A DNA stretch of 32,000 nt. Origin: Nitrososphaera viennensis EN76 (GTDB lineage: Archaea; Thermoproteota; Nitrososphaeria; Nitrososphaerales; Nitrososphaeraceae). A program made the translations under genes and the position numbers. The notes beneath the pieces were generated by a model. That model ran no database searches. It was not told where the DNA came from and saw only the letters and a list, made by a program, of their open reading frames with translations. This document shows, piece by piece, positions 7,741-15,364 of the stretch (within the stretch, counting starts at the first letter, position 1; every line of letters begins with the position of its first letter). Location of the stretch: the NCBI RefSeq assembly GCF_000698785.1, contig NZ_CP007536.1, forward strand, positions 188,107 through 220,106. Direction: 5' to 3'.

Positions 7741-7781
7741 TTGCAGGTTGTTTTTTGTAAATATTATATCAAAACCTGCAA
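7741..7781. promoter_or_regulatory. 9-bp perfect inverted repeat TTGCAGGTT-N23-AACCTGCAA bracketing an AT-rich TATA-like core
   Basis: 7741-7749 is the exact reverse complement of 7773-7781. The spacer is GTTTTTTGTAAATATTATATCAA. The element lies in the divergent intergenic region about 150 nt upstream of the beta-propeller gene. Confidence 0.3.
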
Positions 7782-7931
7782 AAATTATGCATCATGGCAG
7801 TAGAATACGTTATCTATCGAAGTTAGCCGCAAAAGGTGGAACGCGGGCGCCAAAAAGGAGTGTTCTAAAGTGTAGAATTAAGATGGATCGGTTGGTTAAT
7901 AATGACGGTAGAGAGGTTCAGAAAATAGAGA

Positions 7932-10247
7932 ATGGCACGTTACTCGATGTATGGGATGGCTGGCATTGGAATTGCTGCGGCCATAGGCTTTGTGCTAGTA
8001 CTGGGGTCTATCGGTGGCAACATTGCCACCAGGGGTGGGCCGGGCCCCACGACTTTTGTGGGTGGAAATGGCACTACTGCTACTACTGGCATTCCTCCGG
8101 TGTTTACTGTGGCCCCTACCCAGAACATCGCCAAGTTCTCTTCGGTTGACGAGCTGCGGGCGTTCCTGACAAACGTCGAGGCCAGCCGCAACGCATTTAG
8201 TACCGCGCAGACGGGGATACCTGAAAATTTCAGCAAGTTTAACCTTGGGGCGACTGCTGATTCCGACGCGCGTACAACAGCTCCTCCGGCTCCAGGTGCA
8301 GTCATGGGTCCTTCATCCGCCTCTGGCGAGGCTGCCACATTTACTGAAAACGGCCAGCGTACCGGCGTGTTCTCTGGCACCAACAACCAGGTGGCCGGAG
8401 TCGACGAGCCCGACTTTGTGAAAAACGACGGCAAGTACGCATACGTCTTGTCGGGCGACAAGCTGACTATATCTGACGTGTACCCTCCAGAGAACGCCAC
8501 AATAGTCGCCAAGGTCGGCCTTGACATCAAAAACGGCCAGTACCTGCAAGAGATGTTCCTGAACAACGACACGCTTGTCGTGTTCTACACGGAATACGCG
8601 CAGGACTATGTAATCCCGCAGTACGAGTTTGCGCCGCAGCCGGTGTACACGCCAAAGACGCACGCCCTCGTGCTCGACGTCTCTGACAGGGCAAACCCCA
8701 AGACGGTCCACGACTATGTTGTAAGCGGCACGTACCACGACGCCAGGATGATAGGCGACCGCGTGTACCTTGTCACGGCAAGCGACCTGTACAGCTACCG
8801 CCAGCCGCTTGTGCCAAAGATAACCGAGTCGTCAAGGACGGTGGTGGCGCCGGACATCTACTACTTCCAGAACCCTGAGCCGTACTACAACTTTAACACC
8901 GTGACATCAATAGGTTTGTCCGACAAGGATGATATAGATTCCAAGACGTTCATGATGAACCCCGCGTCGACCCTGTACGTGTCGCAGGACAACATCTACA
9001 TCGCCTACCCGAAATACCTGCCGTACAACTATTACGAGCAGTCAAGCCGCGACCGCTTCTTCAAAGCGGTGGTGCCGCTGTTGCCGCAGGACGCGCAGGC
9101 CAAGGTAAGGGCGGTAGACGCGGATACGTCTGTTCCTGCATCCGACAAGTGGGACAGGATAGCGAGGATCCTTGAAGACACGTACAACGGCATGTCCGAG
9201 TCGGAAAAGACCCAGCTGTTTGACAAGATCCAGAAATCGCTTGCCGACTATGACGCGCAGGCGCAAAAGGACGCGACAAAGACTGTCATACACAGGATAG
9301 CAATCGGGCCAAACGGCGAGATAGACTACGGGGCAAGGGGCGAGGTCCCCGGCAGGCTCTTGAACCAGTTCTCGATGGACGAGAGTGGAGACAGGTTCAG
9401 GGTTGCGACCACGGTCGAGTACTACTCGCCGTACGGGCAGGGCCTGTACAGCAACGTCTACGTGCTTGACAAAGAAAGCATGCAGACGGTGGGCAAGCTG
9501 GAGCAGATACAGCCGGGTGAGACGATGTACTCGACCCGCTTTATCGGCGACAGGCTCTACCTCGTGACGTTCCAGAGGATAGACCCGTTCTTTGTGATCG
9601 ACCTTTCGGAGGACACGCCAAAGGTGCTCGGCGAGCTGAAACTGCCCGGATATTCGACGTACCTGCACCCGTACGACGAGGACCACGTGATCGGCATCGG
9701 CAAGGACACCAAGGACAACGGCTATGGTGGCATCACGCAGACTGGAGTAAAGCTGGCGCTCTTTGACGTGTCCGACGTGGCAAATCCAAAGCTGGTAGAC
9801 GACTATGTGATACCGGGGCAGGGCACGGACTCGGAAGTGCTCTGGGACCACAAGGCGCTGCTGTTCAGTAAGGAGGAGCCAAACGTGCTTTCCATACCTG
9901 TTAACACCTATGACGCAGAGGGAAAGTACGCGCCGGACGGCCGCTACATTCCTCCAAAGGTGTGGCGCGGGTTCTACGTCTTTGGCGTGAGCCCTGACTC
10001 GGGAATCGCGCTAAAGGGAACGGTAGAGCACTCCAGCAACGCGACCGACCCGTACTACAATTATTACTACGGCATGCAGGTGAGCAGGTCGTTCTACATC
10101 GGCGACGTGCTGTACACCGTGTCTGCAGGCAACCTGATCAAGATGAACGACATCGACACCCTTGCTGACCTCGGGCAGCTGCAGATAGGGAGCACGGGCG
10201 ACGTGATAAAGTACCCTGTGCCCCTCGACGCGCCACCAAAACAGTGA
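7932..10247 (+). CDS. secreted/anchored beta-propeller domain protein (Beta_propel family)
   Basis: 771 aa with an N-terminal TM anchor (GMAGIGIAAAIGFVLVLGSIGG). Family-typical blocks are VDEPDFVKNDGKYAYVLSGDKLTI, ARMIGDRVYLVT, STRFIGDRLYLVTFQRIDPFFVIDLS, LPGYSTYLHPYDEDHVIGIG and KLALFDVSD. Confidence 0.85.
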   Translation: MARYSMYGMAGIGIAAAIGFVLVLGSIGGNIATRGGPGPTTFVGGNGTTATTGIPPVFTVAPTQNIAKFSSVDELRAFLTNVEASRNAFSTAQTGIPENFSKFNLGATADSDARTTAPPAPGAVMGPSSASGEAATFTENGQRTGVFSGTNNQVAGVDEPDFVKNDGKYAYVLSGDKLTISDVYPPENATIVAKVGLDIKNGQYLQEMFLNNDTLVVFYTEYAQDYVIPQYEFAPQPVYTPKTHALVLDVSDRANPKTVHDYVVSGTYHDARMIGDRVYLVTASDLYSYRQPLVPKITESSRTVVAPDIYYFQNPEPYYNFNTVTSIGLSDKDDIDSKTFMMNPASTLYVSQDNIYIAYPKYLPYNYYEQSSRDRFFKAVVPLLPQDAQAKVRAVDADTSVPASDKWDRIARILEDTYNGMSESEKTQLFDKIQKSLADYDAQAQKDATKTVIHRIAIGPNGEIDYGARGEVPGRLLNQFSMDESGDRFRVATTVEYYSPYGQGLYSNVYVLDKESMQTVGKLEQIQPGETMYSTRFIGDRLYLVTFQRIDPFFVIDLSEDTPKVLGELKLPGYSTYLHPYDEDHVIGIGKDTKDNGYGGITQTGVKLALFDVSDVANPKLVDDYVIPGQGTDSEVLWDHKALLFSKEEPNVLSIPVNTYDAEGKYAPDGRYIPPKVWRGFYVFGVSPDSGIALKGTVEHSSNATDPYYNYYYGMQVSRSFYIGDVLYTVSAGNLIKMNDIDTLADLGQLQIGSTGDVIKYPVPLDAPPKQ

Positions 10248-10380
10248 CATATCGCTCTGGCAGATTTTTTTCCTCTGTCACGCCTGCCGGACTTGCTTTC
10301 TATAATAATTTTATAGGCAGGCTAGAAACATCAGAGTTTCTTTTATACGATCAGGCCGATATATTGTACAGATTTTTTTA

Positions 10381-11574
10381 ATGATTCAGGAAGGCGAGCT
10401 CGTATTCATATATGTCTCGGACATTGGAGGGGAGGTCCAGCCAAAGGATCTGGAGGGGAGGCTGGGCGAGTATGGAAGGGCCTGCAGGGAGAAGGTTCCG
10501 GGAGCCTCGTGGATAGAGGAGGGCGTCAGGATCGTGGCCAAGGACGCGGTGGAGGTCTTCGGGATAAAGTCAAGCGTGGAGATCAAGGTCTTTTCCATAG
10601 GGGGAATCCTCGTCCGGATAAACGTGCCGGTAAGGAACAGGGATTTTGCCCAAACGCTAGAGATTATTTCAAGGGCAGAAGGCGATGATGGTGGCGGTAG
10701 TGGCAGCGGCAGTGGTAATGTCGGCAGCAGCGGGGTACTGGCGGTAGTCTCGCAGGGCGCATCTTCCTCCACTTCCTCTTCTTCTACTTCTTCTTCTACT
10801 ACTATTCCAATGGCAGAGTTTGCCAGAGACCTTGCCCGCAGGATAAAGGAAGACATCAAGCCCTTCATAACAAGCCCGTATGCCAGCATAGACTATGAAG
10901 AGAGGTACAGGCTTGTCATGGTCAGGGAGGGCGACAGGGGCCTGATCGAAAAAAGCAGGAAGGAGATAGTCGGCCTGATAAGAAAGGAGCCCTTTGAGAG
11001 GCTCTGCATGGAAGAGGTGGATGAGATATTTGACAATAACCGCTATGCATACCGGGACAACTTTTTTATCGCGGACATTCGTGGGGCGTTTGGCTTTGCA
11101 AAGAACGTAGAGGCTTTTCCCGTGCCAAGGGCGGCAGAGCTCTACCTCCTCCAAAAGCTCCAGCTCAGGGTTTACGACTCGCTCCTTGACGACATGCTCG
11201 GCAAGTCATACGACATTCTTGCCAAGGCCGAGTTCAAGGCCGACCGCGAGCTGGGCGAGAGGATAAACGACATCCACCTGATGAGGCTGGAGCTTTTAGA
11301 GATAGTCTCGGCCATGAAGGTCGCCAGGGGGAGCCCAAGGGCCCGGATATTCTCTTCTCTGTGCGAGACCCTGGGCGAGGTGTTTGAAGTGCAGGACCTG
11401 GCCGATTCCGTGACAAGAAAACTCGACAGGCTGGGGGAAATCTATACTATGGTCTACGATTCCCTCCAGAACACCCGGTTCATAAAGATGGACAGGACGA
11501 TGCTGATGCTGGAAGCAATAATCGTCGTCCTGATAGCAATTGAAATAATTCTTGTGCTGGTTGGCAAATTATGA
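10381..11574 (+). CDS. membrane-anchored protein, RMD1/DUF155-like (tentative)
   Basis: 397 aa. An N-terminal beta-rich module (ELVFIYVSD..., VEIKVFSIGGILVRINVP) is followed by a Gly/Ser/Thr low-complexity linker, a helical domain and a single C-terminal TM (LMLEAIIVVLIAIEIILVLVG). This resembles DUF155 architecture, but the family call was made by eye only. Confidence 0.6.
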   Translation: MIQEGELVFIYVSDIGGEVQPKDLEGRLGEYGRACREKVPGASWIEEGVRIVAKDAVEVFGIKSSVEIKVFSIGGILVRINVPVRNRDFAQTLEIISRAEGDDGGGSGSGSGNVGSSGVLAVVSQGASSSTSSSSTSSSTTIPMAEFARDLARRIKEDIKPFITSPYASIDYEERYRLVMVREGDRGLIEKSRKEIVGLIRKEPFERLCMEEVDEIFDNNRYAYRDNFFIADIRGAFGFAKNVEAFPVPRAAELYLLQKLQLRVYDSLLDDMLGKSYDILAKAEFKADRELGERINDIHLMRLELLEIVSAMKVARGSPRARIFSSLCETLGEVFEVQDLADSVTRKLDRLGEIYTMVYDSLQNTRFIKMDRTMLMLEAIIVVLIAIEIILVLVGKL

Positions 11575-11587
11575 TGCGTTGCAGTAA

Positions 11588-12046
11588 ATGATTTTAGATA
11601 GCGCATTCTACCACAGCCCATATATGTCCACTACAGAAGGAGACTCGGAAATGCCGCCGGCAACTGCAGAATCTGCCGGGGTCGCAGAGCAAGTGACCGA
11701 AACAACACAAGAACAGCAGCCGTCGTCGTCGATGCCTCTGCCAGAGCGCACCGTGACCAACGAGGAGGCCATGATAGCTCAGGCGCTGTCGAGGATAAAA
11801 AAGAACGCCAGGGTCCTTGAAAAGACCAACAAGATGCTCGGCCAGGTGCTTGACTCGCTCAAAAGGGCCGAAAAAGAAAACGCAGGCCATGCAAGGGAGA
11901 TGACGGCGCAGAACAAAAAGCTCGTGTCGCAGATAGCGCAACTGCAAAAGCGCGTCGCCAAGATCAAGAGCGCTGCAGCGCCAAAGCCTGCCCGGAAAAA
12001 GAAGGCGGCCAAAGCCACGGCCAAGTCCAGGCCAAAAAGGCGCTAG
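11588..12046 (+). CDS. coiled-coil protein with Lys/Ala-rich basic tail
   Basis: 152 aa with an acidic/Q-rich N-terminus and a coiled-coil core (ARVLEKTNKMLGQVLDSLKRAEKEN...LVSQIAQLQKRVAKIK). The tail is AAAPKPARKKKAAKATAKSRPKRR. The gene starts 13 nt after the previous stop. Confidence 0.55.
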   Translation: MILDSAFYHSPYMSTTEGDSEMPPATAESAGVAEQVTETTQEQQPSSSMPLPERTVTNEEAMIAQALSRIKKNARVLEKTNKMLGQVLDSLKRAEKENAGHAREMTAQNKKLVSQIAQLQKRVAKIKSAAAPKPARKKKAAKATAKSRPKRR

Positions 12047-12129
12047 GCAGAATAATCTCAGCAACCGCACAAAAACTGCGGGCCCCAGAATATTTTCTCT
12101 CTCTTTATCTTTTTTCAAAAAATAAGAAA

Positions 12130-12145
12130 AAGGGCGTTAGCCCTT
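12130..12145. terminator. hairpin AAGGGC-GTTA-GCCCTT between convergent genes
   Basis: A perfect 6-bp stem with a 4-nt loop, preceded by T- and A-runs (TCTTTTTTCAAAAAATAAGAAAA). It lies between the 12046 (+) and 12152 (-) gene ends. Confidence 0.3.
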
Positions 12146-12151
12146 GGTTGG

Positions 12152-12832
12152 TTAGTTGACTGCTACCTGGCCTGCCATCCACGGGTGCAGTATGCAGATA
12201 TAGTCGTACGTCCCTGCCTTCTCGAACTTGACCGTGAATGTGTCGATAGGTGGGAGTCCTTCCGGAGCCATGCCATTTGGCCAGATAAAGCCCGAGTTGA
12301 CGTACTGCTCTGTGCCGACCATGGTGTAGTTGGCGTTTGGCGGCATCGGCATTGCGGTGCCGTCGGATGCAATCGCGACAGGCAAGTAGGCCCTTGCGTT
12401 TGCTCCTATCATCGCCGTGGCGCCGTTGGGTCCTGAGATGGTTACTGGCTGCGAGTTACCCGGCGCAAGCGGGGTGATGCCCGTCGAATTGTTGACGACA
12501 AATGGAGCTTCGAGGTCTGCCCACTGCGTCTGGTTCAGGATAAACGTCACGGTGTGCGGCTCGCCCACCCTCGTCGGGTTGACCCACGTGACGCTTTCAC
12601 CCACCTTTATCGTGGCCTTGGTCGGGAAGAACTTTGTCAAGGGCGCAGTCGCCCCGCCTCCTCCTGCCATTACCTTGAACACGCCGTTCTTGTACTCCCT
12701 GTGCTTCATGCTAGCTCCTAGCGACTGTGCAACGCTCTGGTCCTTTGCCGCCATCGTCGTCGCCGTGACGGTGCTCACTGCAAGCACCGCGCTGGCGGCG
12801 ATGGCAAGCGCAATAATGAGGTACCTGTTCAT
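12152..12832 (-). CDS. blue (type 1) copper protein, plastocyanin/amicyanin-like
   Basis: A signal peptide (MNRYLIIALAIAASAVLAVSTVTA) precedes the cupredoxin ligand pattern: His in GEPHTVTF, then C-x2-H-x2-M in YDYICILHPWMAG. The spacing is amicyanin-like. Confidence 0.85.
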   Translation of the reverse strand: MNRYLIIALAIAASAVLAVSTVTATTMAAKDQSVAQSLGASMKHREYKNGVFKVMAGGGGATAPLTKFFPTKATIKVGESVTWVNPTRVGEPHTVTFILNQTQWADLEAPFVVNNSTGITPLAPGNSQPVTISGPNGATAMIGANARAYLPVAIASDGTAMPMPPNANYTMVGTEQYVNSGFIWPNGMAPEGLPPIDTFTVKFEKAGTYDYICILHPWMAGQVAVN

Positions 12833-12887
12833 CAGGCCAGCTCAGAGGCAGGATATCTAAAAGGATACCGCTCTAGAAGAAGAGGCT

Positions 12888-13064
12888 CTACCGCTTTAGG
12901 CTGGCGTTCTTTATCTCGCTCAGAAAGCCAAGAAAGGTTATCTGGTGCTCCTTGCCGCACTTGGAGCACACGAGCGTGCCGCTCTGGGCGTTCTGGCCGC
13001 CGACGACGCGGTCGGTGTACTCGATGAACTTGCCGCAGTCGCACTTGATCTTCTTGATTGCCAC
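12888..13064 (-). CDS. 58-aa zinc-ribbon protein (GTG start, below ORF-track cutoff)
   Basis: My own translation of the reverse strand gives (V->M)AIKKIKCDCGKFIEYTDRVVGGQNAQSGTLVCSKCGKEHQITFLGFLSEIKNASLKR*. It has a CxC...CxxC knuckle pair. An in-frame TAA lies 10 codons upstream of the GTG, and there is no ATG. Confidence 0.35.
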   Translation of the reverse strand: MAIKKIKCDCGKFIEYTDRVVGGQNAQSGTLVCSKCGKEHQITFLGFLSEIKNASLKR

Positions 13065-13248
13065 GGAAAGGCTGTTATCGGTGCCGGTATATTATTTTGC
13101 GTATTAGGCACTTGACGAATTTTCATTTGAGGTACCTTGTTTCTTGCAAAATCCACACTAATACTTATGATTCTACAATTTTACTTGCAAATATACAACA
13201 GCTCACACTTGGCCTGAAATAACCTGCCGGCATACGTTTCCAAAGGAC

Positions 13249-13437
13249 ATGTACAACAAGCAATCGTGCCGCGAGTGCGGCGCCTACTTGACCCCGCATT
13301 CGTTCTGCATGGGATGCCGCGAGCACGTGAGCTGGGAATGCGGCCAGTGCGGCAGGATAGACGACTATACGCACGTCCACAACTATTGCCGGGCAGCGTT
13401 CAAGCGCGAGATCGTGGTCGAGACTGTGCGGGGCTAG
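13249..13437 (+). CDS. small multi-CxxC zinc-finger protein
   Basis: 62 aa, MYNKQSCRECGAYLTPHSFCMGCREHVSWECGQCGRIDDYTHVHNYC, with three CxxC pairs plus a His/Cys cluster. Confidence 0.5.
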   Translation: MYNKQSCRECGAYLTPHSFCMGCREHVSWECGQCGRIDDYTHVHNYCRAAFKREIVVETVRG

Positions 13438-13769
13438 CTGTTACTAGTCCTCATGCGCTTGTCGTACGCCTCTATTATGCGCACAAGCGCGTCGTCCTCC
13501 TCCTTTACTGCCGCAAGGAACTCTTCATAATAGCCCCACTTTTTCACCCGCTCGACCGTCTTTGCATAATCTAGGTTGTGCTCCTTTTCCATGGAGACAA
13601 CCTCTTTTTCAAGCAGGGGATTGCCTGCCGACCTTATCAGCACCTGCTGGATGAGCAGGCGGTTGTACCTGCTTGAGGCAAAATACCTGCGGTAGAGGTT
13701 CATCCTGTCCTCCCTGCTGCCTGCCTTTTTGAGCTCCTGAAGCTGCAGCTGGAATGTTGTTATCATCAT
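13434..13769 (-). CDS. hypothetical helical protein
   Basis: Track ORF 13434..14162 trimmed to MMITTFQLQLQELKKAGSRED... (ATG complementing 13767-13769). The trimmed-off part is Arg-rich and overlaps the better 13814..14041 ORF in another frame. The retained 111 aa are helical and charged. Confidence 0.5.
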   Translation of the reverse strand: MMITTFQLQLQELKKAGSREDRMNLYRRYFASSRYNRLLIQQVLIRSAGNPLLEKEVVSMEKEHNLDYAKTVERVKKWGYYEEFLAAVKEEDDALVRIIEAYDKRMRTSNS

Positions 13770-13813
13770 CGCCACGTGATGAAAGTTTGCAGTGTGGGAT
13801 AAAAACACTTTTT

Positions 13814-14041
13814 TCAGCGCATCGGGATGTAGCCGTCGCGCTCGGCTGAAAAGACCTGCTTTACCTCGGAGTATCCGCGCTCCTGTACAAACGTCCAGAC
13901 CTTGCCGCACACGGCGCACGTGATTCGCTTTTCCTTTGACGAGTATTCCAGCTCGTGGTGGCTGCAGCGCACCTGGTACTGGCGCTTGTAGGCTTCCATC
14001 TCGCGCAGCGTGTCGATGTGCCTTGTCGAGTTCTCGGCCAC
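13814..14041 (-). CDS. small zinc-binding protein
   Basis: 75 aa, ...RCSHHELEYSSKEKRITCAVCGKVW..., with a C-x-HH ... CxxC arrangement. It lies 30 nt downstream of the 14072..15223 gene on the same strand. Confidence 0.5.
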   Translation of the reverse strand: MAENSTRHIDTLREMEAYKRQYQVRCSHHELEYSSKEKRITCAVCGKVWTFVQERGYSEVKQVFSAERDGYIPMR

Positions 14042-14071
14042 GGGCGCAGGCGCGCCTGCGCAGAATATAAT

Positions 14072-15223
14072 CTACACGGACCGCATCTTGCCGCGGTAGC
14101 TCAGGTTTATCGAGTCGACGCCGGCAAGCTGTTTGGCCTTGGCTATGATGCCTGAAATCCATTCGTCGTTGGACTCTTTAGAGTCGGCTATGACGACGCC
14201 CATGTACCGGCTTGGGCTCTGCTCACTTGGGCTCATATAGTCCTCGACGGTCGCGCCGGGGTACTTTTGCCTGATGTCGTCAATGACCGGCGCGGCGTCC
14301 GGGGGCAAGTACAGCACCAGCTTTTTCTTCCTCATCTTGCTGATGAGAAATGCCGCTGCTACGCCTCCTGCCGCAGCCACCGGCAATGCTATGGGCAGCA
14401 GCTCCATGAACGGGATTTGAAGATCCTGCCTGCCGGGAAAGATGGGCACGCCCGAACCGTCGCCGTCGGCAGCAACCACTATCTTGCCGTCTCCCCCGCT
14501 TGGAGCGCTTCTCGTTCCGGAGCCGTTCTTTGCGGTGATGTAGTAGGTGTACGTGCCTGAAGGCGCTGCCTTGCCCTCCAAGTCCACGCCGGTCCACTTT
14601 ACCTGGTTCTCGCCTGCCACCATCGCTCCTGTCAAGGTCGCTACCGTGTCGCCTGCCGCGTTCTCTATGTCGACCCTGTACGTGCCTGCCGAAGACGAGT
14701 GGAACGCTATTGCGACCGAGTCGTCCCTGTCCGAGTGGAACGTCTTTTGCCCTCCTTCTCCCCCTCCAAGCACGGACAGATGCGGCGGGGCAGGCGGGAG
14801 TACGGCTCCTGACAAGAGCGGGCGCTCGCGGACACGGAGGGATTCTGCTATTGCAGCTACGCTTGGGCCCTTTACCGTGTCTTTCAACGAGAACTGCTCA
14901 AACATGGACCTGGATACGTGAATATCGTGCACAAGGGTCTTGCGTATCGAATCCTTGATTGTTACCTTTGTGACAATCGACTTGCGGATGGGCTTTTCCA
15001 CGCTCTTTGACGTCGCATCCTTGACTGACACATTGTCTGAAACGCTCTTTTTCATGGAAAATCCCTTGGACGCCGCGTCGGCTGTTACAAGCATTTCGGA
15101 CAGCGCGACGGCGAACTTTTTATTATTGCCAGGCGGCTGTTGCGCATGCGCGGCCTGCAGTAGCAGCGCCCCTGAAAGGATGACCGCGATTGCAAGCACC
15201 GCTTTTGCAGCTAATGATGCCAT
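14072..15223 (-). CDS. single-pass membrane protein with extracellular FlgD-Ig-like domain
   Basis: Start set at MASLAAKAVLAIAVILSGALLLQAAHA (signal; ATG complementing 15221-15223). It carries periodic xVxxKDx repeats and an FlgD_ig-like block (GTYRVDIENAAGDTVATLTGAMVAGENQVKWTGVDLEGKAAPSGTYTYYITAKN). A TM helix (LLPIALPVAAAGGVAAAFLI) and an ~85-aa cytoplasmic tail follow. Confidence 0.7.
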   Translation of the reverse strand: MASLAAKAVLAIAVILSGALLLQAAHAQQPPGNNKKFAVALSEMLVTADAASKGFSMKKSVSDNVSVKDATSKSVEKPIRKSIVTKVTIKDSIRKTLVHDIHVSRSMFEQFSLKDTVKGPSVAAIAESLRVRERPLLSGAVLPPAPPHLSVLGGGEGGQKTFHSDRDDSVAIAFHSSSAGTYRVDIENAAGDTVATLTGAMVAGENQVKWTGVDLEGKAAPSGTYTYYITAKNGSGTRSAPSGGDGKIVVAADGDGSGVPIFPGRQDLQIPFMELLPIALPVAAAGGVAAAFLISKMRKKKLVLYLPPDAAPVIDDIRQKYPGATVEDYMSPSEQSPSRYMGVVIADSKESNDEWISGIIAKAKQLAGVDSINLSYRGKMRSV

Positions 15224-15332
15224 CTGATTCCCAAGTTCCAAGAGCAATTTTCGATCCACTGGATAAAAGCCTCGTGAAACCGCGTCATAGAGGCATATTA
15301 TATACAAAACCACCATTGGCTGGAGCGTCATC

Positions 15333-15338
15333 TTTATA
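15333..15338 (+). promoter_or_regulatory. TATA-like box (TTTATA) for the methyltransferase gene
   Basis: TTTATA is centred about 29 nt upstream of the ATG at 15365. That spacing is expected for an archaeal leaderless mRNA. Confidence 0.3.
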
Positions 15339-15364
15339 GCGCGGGACGCGCGGCAAAGGCGCAT

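Noticed and set aside
7940-9851. Long antisense ORFs (7940..8572, 8313..8738, 9042..9851) inside the beta-propeller gene
   Set aside because: They have an Arg/Val/His/Leu-biased, low-complexity composition typical of the antisense frame of G+C-rich coding DNA. The plus-strand 771-aa ORF has clear family motifs throughout.
13770-14162. Upstream 131 codons of ORF 13434..14162
   Set aside because: This part is Arg/Ala/Pro-rich without structure. It overlaps the more protein-like 13814..14041 zinc ORF and the 3' end of the FlgD-Ig gene, so it is treated as read-through of an open frame.
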